Of a DNA stretch of 34,486 nt, positions 19,289 through 27,474 are shown piece after piece; position 1 is the first letter of the stretch; every line of letters begins with the position of its first letter. Source of the DNA: an uncultured virus (IMG/VR IMGVR_UViG_3300048502_000088) (lineage: Duplodnaviria; Heunggongvirae; Uroviricota; Caudoviricetes). The stretch covers positions 62,001 to 96,486 of IMG/VR virus record IMGVR_UViG_3300048502_000088; one strand, 5' to 3'. The position numbers were made by a program, and so were the translations under genes. The notes under the pieces were generated by a model. That model searched no databases, was not told the origin of the DNA, and saw only the letters and a program-made list of their open reading frames with translations.

Positions 19289-19486
19289 ATGACAAGCACA
19301 ACAGAGCGGTACCTGATGACGACCGACGGCGGCACCAGCTGGGAGCGGGTCACCCGCGCCATGCTGATGGCCGTACTTGACGCGCGCGGGGTGTCCCGCT
19401 GGGACCGCAAGCAAGCACTGGCAGAGGCACTGGCCGGCATGGAGCCGCAACCCCTGCCTGGCGTAAGATTCCGGGCTTGCTGCTAG
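19289..19486 (+). CDS. Hypothetical protein
   Basis: [15 protein letters not shown]...; directly after promoter. Confidence 0.55.
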   Translation: MTSTTERYLMTTDGGTSWERVTRAMLMAVLDARGVSRWDRKQALAEALAGMEPQPLPGVRFRACC

Positions 19487-19524
19487 CCTCTCTGCGCAGT
19501 GAGTGACTGCGCATAACTTATAGA

Positions 19525-19543
19525 GTCACTTGGAGGTGACGAA
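19525..19543 (+). promoter_or_regulatory. RBS hairpin GTCAC-TTGGAG-GTGAC (also 19877-19893 and 34459-34477)
   Basis: 19-bp identity with 34459-34477; covarying ATCAC/GTGAT copy at 19877. Confidence 0.65.
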
Positions 19544-19782
19544 TGTTAGCCTGGACCGATACGACCGTCGAGAACTTCAGAGCGGCGTCGCTGGCAAATT
19601 ACGCGCAGGAATTTGCCGCATCGCGCCGTCCTGATGATGACGCTATGGTCAGCGATGACGCTACCGTGGCCACGCCGAGCGCGCTGTACCGCGCGTATGT
19701 CTATGCTGTCTATCATTTGCTCGAGCGACCAGTAAAGCGCGTCGCGCGTAAGATTGCCCACTCGGGATACTGGGGATACTGA
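19543..19782 (+). CDS. Hypothetical protein
   Basis: GGAGGTG RBS. Confidence 0.55.
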   Translation: MLAWTDTTVENFRAASLANYAQEFAASRRPDDDAMVSDDATVATPSALYRAYVYAVYHLLERPVKRVARKIAHSGYWGY

Positions 19783-19897
19783 TATGACACAGCCGGTGGG
19801 GCTGAATGCCGGTAACCGGAACGTGCTCTGTACAACGTATAGCGCGCGTCCCGCTGATCGGGACTAAAGTAAGGCAATCACTTTGGAGGTGATAGAG

Positions 19898-20020
19898 ATG
19901 AGATACGCAGAGTTTTATCATTTTTCGACAGGTTACATTGCAGGCACGATCCCGCCGCAATTCTCAGATTCGTTCTCACGGTCGCGGGAGACTCGGAAGT
20001 TTCAGGAGGTGTCCGCATGA
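19898..20020 (+). CDS. 40-aa hypothetical protein, possibly truncated
   Basis: GGAGGTG RBS; MRYAEFYHFSTGYIAGTIPPQF...; stop overlaps ATG 20017. Confidence 0.5.
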   Translation: MRYAEFYHFSTGYIAGTIPPQFSDSFSRSRETRKFQEVSA

Positions 20021-20322
20021 TCCGGGAATACCGGGACCTGAAACCCACTGACCTTTCTGTCGTTACCGTGCTGGCCACGCGCGATGCACGGAACGACTAT
20101 GGCCAGTCGCGGACATGGACGCTGAAACACCATACTGCGGGGTTCGAGTGCGCAGGTGCCGGTGTCCGCTCCACTGTTGAAAAATGGAGCGTCACCTCAG
20201 TTTCGAATGGCTCCACCTTCGGCAATTCGTTTCTGAACGAATCAGACGCGCGCGAGGTGTTTGGATCTGACAAGCCATGGTATCGGGACACCGCGCGGTT
20301 CCCGTATTCCAAGGCCAGCTAA
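20017..20322 (+). CDS. Hypothetical protein
   Basis: AGGAGGTG RBS. Confidence 0.6.
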   Translation: MIREYRDLKPTDLSVVTVLATRDARNDYGQSRTWTLKHHTAGFECAGAGVRSTVEKWSVTSVSNGSTFGNSFLNESDAREVFGSDKPWYRDTARFPYSKAS

Positions 20323-20435
20323 ACCTCGCTGGACCTTAACTCCCCTGCCCTGGTACGCTCCATGCGTACCAGGGCTATGCCCGGTTACAGGCACTCTCCC
20401 GCGCGTGGGTGACGCGCGATACAAATCATGGAGGA

Positions 20436-20474
20436 TACTTTCCGTTAGGCGAGTTAACCGGGAAACCACCCCGC
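20436..20474 (+). repeat. Intergenic module M1
   Basis: TACTTTCCGTTAGGCGAGTT shared with 21099-21118; 27-bp GGCGAGTTAACCGGGAAACCACCCCGC identical to 22944-22970. Confidence 0.85.
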
Positions 20475-20524
20475 ACGCCTGGCCAGCTAGAAAACGGCCA
20501 TAAACCGACAAGGAGAAACTAAAA

Positions 20525-20908
20525 ATGACACTCACTCAAGTGTTCCGAATCGAGGATTTTTCCGGCACTGTGATTGCTGCCGATCAGGCCGCTGAGACGG
20601 CTCTGGCCGCAATGCCGCGAGACGGCTATTGCATCGATCAGTTCGGCCAATGGTTTGACCGCGATCAAATGCTGGAAATCGTGGCCGCTGCGGGCAACTA
20701 CCGCCCGCATGTGGTGGTCGATATGGACGGGCACGAGATCGCATCTTTTGACTACCGGGATGCGGCGGAGGCATGGGCCGAAGAGCGAAGATTGAGTTTT
20801 TGCGCCTCCCGTCCGGATGGGGATCGCGGTTACCTTCCCATGAGTGTGATTCCCGCTGGCCCCCGTCAGCGCGCGCACCAACACAGCACGAAATGGGTGG
20901 CTGCATAG
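20525..20908 (+). CDS. Hypothetical protein
   Basis: AAGGAG RBS. Confidence 0.6.
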   Translation: MTLTQVFRIEDFSGTVIAADQAAETALAAMPRDGYCIDQFGQWFDRDQMLEIVAAAGNYRPHVVVDMDGHEIASFDYRDAAEAWAEERRLSFCASRPDGDRGYLPMSVIPAGPRQRAHQHSTKWVAA

Positions 20909-20939
20909 AGTGACGCGCGATATAAAGCATAAGGAGATA

Positions 20940-21125
20940 GTCAGCCGTCGCGGTCAGCCGTCGCGGTCAGCCGTCGCGGTCAGCCGTCGCGGTCAGCCGT
21001 CGCGGTCAGCCGTCCAACCAATAAAACGATAACCTTCGTACGATAACCTTCGTACGATAACCTTTGTACGTCGCCAAAACCACGATCCTGAAGGGCGGTA
21101 CTTTCCGTTAGGCGAGTTTACCGCG
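20940..21125 (+). repeat. Intergenic module M2: (GTCAGCCGTCGCG) x ~5.8, (CGATAACCTTCGTA) x3, CACGATCCTGAAGGGCGGTA hairpin block
   Basis: Directly visible; same layout as 22737-22970. Confidence 0.9.
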
Positions 21126-21185
21126 AACCGAAACCAAAACCACAAACCCGGCGGGTGGCCGGTGAAACAACCCCCAGGAGAAAAA

Positions 21186-21431
21186 ATGTACACAATCGAA
21201 CGAAGCAACGGAGACAGCGCCACGGCCAACAGCAAGGCTAGCGCTATCAGCACGGCACGGCGTATGCTCGGAGTCGCGCGCGTTTATCGCGGCGCGCAAT
21301 ACCAGACAGACAGACCCATAGGGCGCATCGGAGACCGTGAGTACTGCACCGGCCTGGATATTTGGCGTTCACGCGCAAACGCGGCTCGTGAGACCAACGG
21401 ACACGCTGACGTGGTTATTACGTGGGGCTGA
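21186..21431 (+). CDS. Hypothetical protein
   Basis: AGGAG RBS, ATG 21186. Confidence 0.6.
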   Translation: MYTIERSNGDSATANSKASAISTARRMLGVARVYRGAQYQTDRPIGRIGDREYCTGLDIWRSRANAARETNGHADVVITWG

Positions 21432-21529
21432 AGGGTGAAGTAACCAGCGGTTACTTCACCTGGCAGCAGCGCGCCGTGCGCATCACGGCATTGCAGTTAG
21501 AGTCACTGGAGCCTGGGAGGGCAGGAAAA

Positions 21530-22735
21530 ATGGATAAAGCGCAGAGAATCGAAACCATGCGGGGGCTGTTACCCCGCGACAGTAAAGCGCAGACCGTGCG
21601 CGGGATCGCAAGGGCGCTGAGGGGCGGCGGTAGGGCGCGGTACGCCCTTACCGGGTACGCGAGAGTGGAGTCGCGGGACGCGTACCATCAGGCACGCCTC
21701 CGTTCTCCGAATCCATTCAGGGACGACGTGCTGGTGGCGCGGAAGGGCAAGCGTAAAGACTGGTATGCCGCGCAATCCCGGCGACGGAAGGACGCCCGAT
21801 ATATGCGTCTAGGCGCACTGACTTGCGACGCGCTCGGGCATGTGGCGCGGAACACCCAACAGAAGCTTATAGCGGCGGGCGTGTCAGTCCGGGCGGTTGC
21901 GGCTCTCGGCAGGCTGGGTGTGGATCGGCGCGCGGCGCGCATCGCGGCCTGGTTGAGCGCTCCGGCGCGGGCGGCAGAGGCTACCATGAGCGCTTTCGAC
22001 GGTCAGGCATACGCGGCGGCGGAGGCGCTGCACACGCGCCAGTCTCAGTACGGCAGCTCCCGCGCGTCTTGGGTGTGCGGCCTCTCAGCCACGGAGGAAA
22101 CGGATTGGAACGCCTACAGTAAGCGGTACGGCCACCCGGCAAATTGGAAAAATCCCGCGTATAGCGTGGACGTGCAGGCGATCCCCGGCGGTTACGAGGT
22201 CCGGGCGCGGGTGTGCAGCGTGCGCGACAAGGTAACGTATGTGCCGATGCCGCGCGGTGCTGACTTTGCGCACCGGGCGCGGCTGGCGTCGGACGTGTAC
22301 TGCATCGTGACCGGCGCGGATACCGTGGATCGGTACGACGTGCGCGGGCGTAAGACGGGCGTGGCGCTGCTGATCGGCGGCGCGTGGGAGCACGGAGCAG
22401 AACGAGCGGACTGTGAGCGTGAGAACGCACGTAAGGCCGAGATCGCGGCGCGGCAGGCACGGGAAGCGGCGCAGACACGCAGGCAGGACCGCCGGGAGCG
22501 GTTATTCTCCCGCCTGGCGTCGGTCCCTGTGGTCGCGGACATGATCCGCGCTGAGGGCGCGTGTATGGCCGGTATCCAGTCCTGGTGCTCGGCTCGCGGC
22601 GTGGACCCGGCGGCATCGGTGCCGTTGCGGGTGCTGGCTCACGACGCGGCGGCGGCGGGCTACGCCCTCAAGGTGGCGCGGCGGGTTCTGGCGAACGCGG
22701 CTCGTGAGACCATACGTGGGGCTGAAGGCCGCTAA
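21530..22735 (+). CDS. Ala/Arg-rich hypothetical protein (~400 aa)
   Basis: Long ORF, GGGAGG/AGGA RBS before ATG 21530; C-terminal GAC.AGI.SWC motif. Confidence 0.65.
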   Translation: MDKAQRIETMRGLLPRDSKAQTVRGIARALRGGGRARYALTGYARVESRDAYHQARLRSPNPFRDDVLVARKGKRKDWYAAQSRRRKDARYMRLGALTCDALGHVARNTQQKLIAAGVSVRAVAALGRLGVDRRAARIAAWLSAPARAAEATMSAFDGQAYAAAEALHTRQSQYGSSRASWVCGLSATEETDWNAYSKRYGHPANWKNPAYSVDVQAIPGGYEVRARVCSVRDKVTYVPMPRGADFAHRARLASDVYCIVTGADTVDRYDVRGRKTGVALLIGGAWEHGAERADCERENARKAEIAARQAREAAQTRRQDRRERLFSRLASVPVVADMIRAEGACMAGIQSWCSARGVDPAASVPLRVLAHDAAAAGYALKVARRVLANAARETIRGAEGR

Positions 22736-22736
22736 C

Positions 22737-22970
22737 CAGCCGTCGCGGTCAGCCGTCGCGGTCAGCCGTCGCGGTGAAGCCGTCGCGGTCAGCCGTCGCG
22801 GTCAGCCAAACGATTAACCGCGCAACCACGCGCGACCGTGTACTAACGATTTAGCAGGCATCCGGGCATTTTATTCACGATCCTGAAGGGCGGTAATTTC
22901 CGTTAGGAGAAGTTACCGGACTTCAGCACTAAAACCACGATCCGGCGAGTTAACCGGGAAACCACCCCGC
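22737..22970 (+). repeat. Intergenic module M3: 13-mer array x ~5.4, CACGATCCTGAAGGGCGGTA block, M1 tail
   Basis: Directly visible. Confidence 0.9.
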
Positions 22971-23030
22971 GTAATAGACGCGCATAAAATAGGAGAAAAA
23001 TATGAGATCAGGAGATCAGGAGATAAGAAG

Positions 23031-23384
23031 ATGAAAAGCAACAGAGACCTCGGATATGAGCCACTCTACGGTGAGGCGGGACAACAATTAGGCGCAGAGA
23101 AATCATGGGAAAACGACTACACCTACGTATCGACCCTTTCGCTCCACGTGACAATCGGTCGCCGTGGTGCAGAGTACCGCGTGTACGGGTATACCTACCA
23201 CAATGAGCAGGACGGATCGCGGGAAGGGATCAGGGGCAGATGTTGCGGGCGCGCAAAGAGACCCGAGGAAGCGATGAGCCAGTTTCGCAAAAATGCAGCT
23301 TCTCTTGGGTGGCACATGCAGGGCGTCGATAAGGTGCTGCTCGACATGCGTGAGTCCCTCGTTGACGAGTGCGTCATTGATTGA
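23031..23384 (+). CDS. Hypothetical protein
   Basis: Preceded by tandem AGATCAGG repeats giving stacked AGGAG RBSs. Confidence 0.6.
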   Translation: MKSNRDLGYEPLYGEAGQQLGAEKSWENDYTYVSTLSLHVTIGRRGAEYRVYGYTYHNEQDGSREGIRGRCCGRAKRPEEAMSQFRKNAASLGWHMQGVDKVLLDMRESLVDECVID

Positions 23385-23540
23385 CCTCATAACCCTCAGG
23401 GGCGTCATAACGCCGGCCGCCGGTCGCCGGGTCGCCGGGCATGCACAGGCGACCGATCTGCTCGAGCAATCCGTCCGCACCGACCCGGGCGAGGCGTCGC
23501 GGTGGGGGACTTCAATACGTATCGGCGGACGAACTGACCT

Positions 23541-23747
23541 ATGAGGAAAAATATGCTACGACAATCAGTTATTGACTACGCTGAGTTTGAGAAAGCCACC
23601 CGCGCTGAAATACTCGCAGCCAAAAGACTTCCGACCGATGACGAGCTGGACCGCGTAATAGACGCGCGCGGGTGTTCCCGTAATGTCGCGCGCATACACC
23701 TGGGAGACTACAGGACCGAGCAGCGGCGGGACGCGGAAGGGCGGTAA
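23541..23747 (+). CDS. Hypothetical protein
   Basis: 68-aa ORF in same-strand tract. Confidence 0.5.
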   Translation: MRKNMLRQSVIDYAEFEKATRAEILAAKRLPTDDELDRVIDARGCSRNVARIHLGDYRTEQRRDAEGR

Positions 23748-23821
23748 CTACAGTTACGCCACTTACCAGCATCCGAAACCAAAACCATAAACCAAATTAC
23801 TAACAGGAGAAACAACCCCAC

Positions 23822-23965
23822 ATGAAACGATACTGGATCTACTTCCGTGGCACGCGCAACGGCGAACATATTACCGCTCCGACCATGGCCGCCGCTAAGG
23901 CTGCATTCGCAGCTAACAACGGCATCCCCTCAACATCCGGCTACATCGCAGGCAGGGCGGCATGA
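23822..23965 (+). CDS. 47-aa hypothetical protein
   Basis: AGGAG RBS; MKRYWIYFRG...; TGA overlaps recombinase ATG. Confidence 0.5.
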   Translation: MKRYWIYFRGTRNGEHITAPTMAAAKAAFAANNGIPSTSGYIAGRAA

Positions 23966-24684
23966 GAAAGCCCAAGCCCGTAGCGCGCCATTGGTACGGC
24001 TACGTCAGAGTCTCAACCGAGGAGCAAGACACTTCCGGCCTGGGCCTCGAATCCCAGGCCGAAAAAATACAAGGCATGGCGACAGCTAAGGGGATAACCC
24101 TCAAGGGCGTCATAACGGACGGTGGTTACAGCGCTAAGTCACTCGACCGTCCTGGTATGCAGCAACTCTTAACCCTCATGCGTGCGGGTGAGGTGGCCGG
24201 TGTCATCATCAGTAAATTAGACCGTCTAACCCGCTCCGTGAAGGATCTATCTGTCATCCTGGACTTACTCACGGATCGGGACATAAATCTTATTAGCACT
24301 TACGAGACCCTGGACACCGGCACTGCCGGGGGGCGTATGATCCTGCATATCACAACCACGATTGCGCAGTGGGAGCGCGAGGTAATCTCCGAGCGCACGC
24401 GGGACGCCTTACGCGCCAAGGCTCGCCGGGGCGAGCACGCGGGCATGGTCCGGTACGGCTACCGATCCACCGGTAAGAGGGGCCTGCAAGTCCCTGACGA
24501 AGCAGAGCAGGCCATCATAACCCGCATTACCGAAGGGCGGGCCTGCGGACTATCTATGCAGGCGATTGCCGATCAGCTCAACGCGTGCGGGCTGGCCACC
24601 CGGCGCGGGAGTGCCTGGCGCGTGCAGTATGTCGCCAACGTCCTCAGCGGCCTGGCGCGGGCCGGGGCGGTTCCGGCGGCCTGA
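23962..24684 (+). CDS. Serine recombinase (resolvase catalytic domain plus short recombinase domain)
   Basis: GYVRVSTEEQ, D.G.SAKSLDRPG, KLDRLTRS, AQWERE.ISERT, YGY, IA..LN..G..TRRG..W. Confidence 0.93.
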   Translation: MRKPKPVARHWYGYVRVSTEEQDTSGLGLESQAEKIQGMATAKGITLKGVITDGGYSAKSLDRPGMQQLLTLMRAGEVAGVIISKLDRLTRSVKDLSVILDLLTDRDINLISTYETLDTGTAGGRMILHITTTIAQWEREVISERTRDALRAKARRGEHAGMVRYGYRSTGKRGLQVPDEAEQAIITRITEGRACGLSMQAIADQLNACGLATRRGSAWRVQYVANVLSGLARAGAVPAA

Positions 24685-24815
24685 AGTGACCCCCTGAAGG
24701 GGCCGCTCCCGCGTTAGGCGGGCTGCCGAGGCGCGGAATTGTAATCCGCGATGCGCCAGACAGTGCCATAAACCACCCCTTCGCGTGGCCTTCGCGTAAG
24801 TGGTACGATCAGTGT

Positions 24816-25133
24816 ATGTCACACAAGCTAACCAAACTAATCATCTCAGTACCCTCGGAGTTGCTGGCGGGGATAGACGCACAACTCGACAAGTACACCT
24901 TAACAACCCGTAGCGCGTATGTGCGTGGCGTGCTATTGGAACATCTGAGGGGTAAGGGTGTGCAATTGGATGGTGCGGGCAAGCCTGTTGGTGTCGTGAA
25001 TGCACCTGCACCACCCCAACGGCCAGTATGCGACTATGATGGCTGCCACACCCCGAACGGCGACTATAAGACATGCTTGGACGGCACCAAGTACGCGCGA
25101 CAAAACTGCCCGTGCGCGTGCCACAAGGCCTAA
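24816..25133 (+). CDS. Ribbon-helix-helix (CopG-like) protein with Cys-rich tail
   Basis: ISVPSELLAGID...TRSAYVR..L. Confidence 0.65.
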   Translation: MSHKLTKLIISVPSELLAGIDAQLDKYTLTTRSAYVRGVLLEHLRGKGVQLDGAGKPVGVVNAPAPPQRPVCDYDGCHTPNGDYKTCLDGTKYARQNCPCACHKA

Positions 25134-25616
25134 TCCCGGCCCTTGGTGTCTGAATCGCATTGAATCACTTGGATGTTGATTTGCTGCTGGTTGTCCGGCT
25201 GGAGCTCGCCGGTGAGCTTGCCCAGCATCTCCAGATTTTTGTGCAGTTGGTTGGCGATCGGGGCCAGTACGGTTAGGTCAGCACCGACGGCAACATCATT
25301 GCCGTCTTCATCCTTTATGACCCTTACGGCTGTCTCGCACTTGTCCGCGTGACGCTCCAGGCGGGCGCGGAGATTATCGACGCCTTGCCGTACCAATCCG
25401 AGCACGGGCGCGTCTCAATAAGATAGGGGAAGTTCGCTCTGCTCTTCTCAGTATCGGTATGATTACCTTGGTCTTATACCTATGTAACGCCATCGGAGAA
25501 ACAGGCGGTACAAGCCCCTCAGAAACAGCCCTCAACGGCATCCCATCCATGAATCTTTTGATGATTTGTGCCTTTTGGGGGTGGTTTTCGACTGCGAATT
25601 GCTGTCCGGATGCCAT
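25130..25616 (-). pseudogene. Terminase small subunit-like protein split into two frames (25374..25616 and 25130..25405)
   Basis: N-half HP....I...G.PLR.VS...ALHRY HTH-like; C-half LEMLGKLTGEL...QINIQVI; halves overlap out of frame. Confidence 0.45.
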
Positions 25617-25714
25617 TTCCTATGCCATTGTAACGCCTAAGCGATACAAATAGCGATACAAGCGATACAAGCCTTTAGAATCATAAGGTTACAGAGATAA
25701 AAGGAAAGACTGTT

Positions 25715-25921
25715 GCCCGCGAACGCGGCCATGCCCCGCGAACGCGGTCAGTTATGGACGCGCGCGAGGTGTTGGTGGTAACCGGAAACCGCCCCAAGGT
25801 AGACTGAAATCCTAAACGCCTGATGAGCAAGCCGTTGGCTCTGACATGGACTGCGCAGTGGCCGGAGCGGCAAGCATTACCGGCCACCAAGCCAACTGCC
25901 CGCGAACGCGGTCAGTTATGG
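25715..25921 (+). repeat. CCCGCGAACGCGG x3; longer CCCGCGAACGCGGTCAGTTATGG x2
   Basis: Copies at ~25715, ~25735, ~25899. Confidence 0.8.
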
Positions 25922-26112
25922 TATAACGGGAATGCACTGGAAAGGGGCGCGGCGTTCGCCCTTTCTGGTGCCACGGCGCCGACCGGACCTGAGCACCGCT
26001 ACCTCACGGTGGCGCTCAGGTCCTTCGTGCTACTTACCGGCGCGCTGGCCAGCGGGGCAGCACCCCCGGCCCCAAATTACCCTTGACTCCCCCCACGCCC
26101 CCGTGATACCTT

Positions 26113-26198
26113 ACAGAAGTCACCTGCTGCGGGCTAACCCCCGCGTCACCTCCAACCGACCACAAACCCCTCAGCCTCGGCTGGGGGGTTTCGCGTTT
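26113..26198 (+). ncRNA. Candidate small RNA with anti-Shine-Dalgarno seed
   Basis: Upstream TTGACT...TGnTACCTT; seed CGTCACCTCCAA (26144-26155); terminator-like AAACCCCTCAGCC/GGCTGGGGGGTTT; no ORF. Confidence 0.5.
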
Positions 26199-26206
26199 CA
26201 GCGGCA

Positions 26207-26502
26207 CTGAGATAAGGTACCCTATCTCAGCGCCCACCCTATCTCACCACCCTATCTCAAAATAAGTCTTTTGTTTTGTGTTACTTGCGATACTTTGAGA
26301 CAAGTAAATCTCTGAGTGGGGCATATTCCGCGATTCGTTCTCCATAAGTGGGTATATATGTTTTTCACCGGAAAAGGTATAGAGGCCCTATAGGGAGATT
26401 TTTTAGTCAAGGTACCTTAACTCACTTATCTCAAATTAAATAAGTATATATATATCAATAGTTTACAGGTGAGCTAAGTTGCCTCGCAGCCTATCTCACC
26501 TT
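26207..26502. other. AT-rich region with TATCTCA iteron-like repeats and IHF consensus (ori- or pac-like)
   Basis: TATCTCA at ~26223, 26240, 26253, 26427, 26492; inverted copy at 26208; TATCAATAGTTTA (26453-26465) matches WATCAANNNNTTR. Confidence 0.5.
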
Positions 26503-26656
26503 GGCTCAAAAGGAGGGGTACCCATACTCAGATGGGTCTGGGGAGGTCGGGGCAGGATATTTCCATGTTTTCGCCCTATCTTTCGCTTTTATTTGCATTT
26601 GACTATTGCAATCGTCTTTGCGATTGACTTAAGATGGTTTCAGAGGAGCAGGACAA

Positions 26657-27079
26657 ATGACAACCCACAAAACTCTTGACGGCGCGCGGATGGCGGCCAA
26701 ATCTGGGCAAGTGCGCTCTATCGTGGAGATCGATCACGCAACCGAGGGACGTTGCTACATCGGCGTCCGCGCGACCATGGCGGCCCTTAATGTGGCCTTG
26801 GCTCACAAGCCGATGGCGGAAATTAAACGCTTGATTGCCGAGCACACAATACTGACCGATACCGAGATCGCCGCGTCCCGCGAACAGGCGCTCCGGGATC
26901 ACACTCACTGCGAGCGATGCGCAAAAAAGATAGACGGAAACGCGGCCTACTCGCAGCAGGAGAGGTACATGGGCCACGCTGTAAGGGCCTGGTACTGTGA
27001 GCCATGCCGCAACCTGCTCGCCAATATTGGGGTTGGCGAGTACACAGCATTGCAGGAGAGGGCGGCGGAGGCGAAGTAA
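26657..27079 (+). CDS. Hypothetical protein with C-terminal CxxC...CxxC
   Basis: GAGGAG/AGGA RBS; HCERC...YCEPC. Confidence 0.65.
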   Translation: MTTHKTLDGARMAAKSGQVRSIVEIDHATEGRCYIGVRATMAALNVALAHKPMAEIKRLIAEHTILTDTEIAASREQALRDHTHCERCAKKIDGNAAYSQQERYMGHAVRAWYCEPCRNLLANIGVGEYTALQERAAEAK

Positions 27080-27205
27080 TGGGAAAGTTTGCTCGCAAAA
27101 CACTACGTGATCGTGCGCACGACATCGCTCGACTGTTGGCGGCTCGGGACGAGTACATAACGTCAAGCCCAACCTGGAAGCCAGCGGCGGCGGCACGGGA
27201 TTAAC

Positions 27206-27409
27206 GTGAGCGGCCCACTCAGCCACCTGCCCCCGGAACGTCGCCGGGAGATCGCCCGCGAGGCGGGGCGCGCGTGCAAGACGCGGGCCGGAAGGGCGCC
27301 GTGCCACTATCCCGATGCGCCCGATTCGTGCAAGCGTTGCCGCGCCCGCATCAGCGAGAGAAAGTCGAGGCTAAGAAAGCGGGAGGCGTCAGTTCAGGGA
27401 GCCCCCTGA
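27206..27409 (+). CDS. Small basic protein
   Basis: LPPERRREIAREAG motif. Confidence 0.45.
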   Translation: MSGPLSHLPPERRREIAREAGRACKTRAGRAPCHYPDAPDSCKRCRARISERKSRLRKREASVQGAP

Positions 27410-27474
27410 AGGGGTCACGGGACAGCACGAACTACGCTGGTAGTGTCGTGACAGGTCAGAGGTTACCACAGTCA

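Noticed and set aside
8632..21730. Diversity-generating retroelement TR/VR pair
   Set aside because: Only 36 bp, no adenine-specific mismatches, no reverse transcriptase in window
20940..22807. CRISPR array
   Set aside because: Repeats are head-to-tail without unique spacers; no cas genes; the 36-bp copy is not flanked by repeats
20317..24718. Integron attC sites (GTTAGGC at 20444, 21107, 24712)
   Set aside because: No matching RYYYAAC and L boxes forming the attC hairpin, the GTTA sits in a hairpin loop, and no IntI tyrosine recombinase is present
25930..26200. tRNA gene
   Set aside because: Hairpins present but no cloverleaf or T-loop consensus seen
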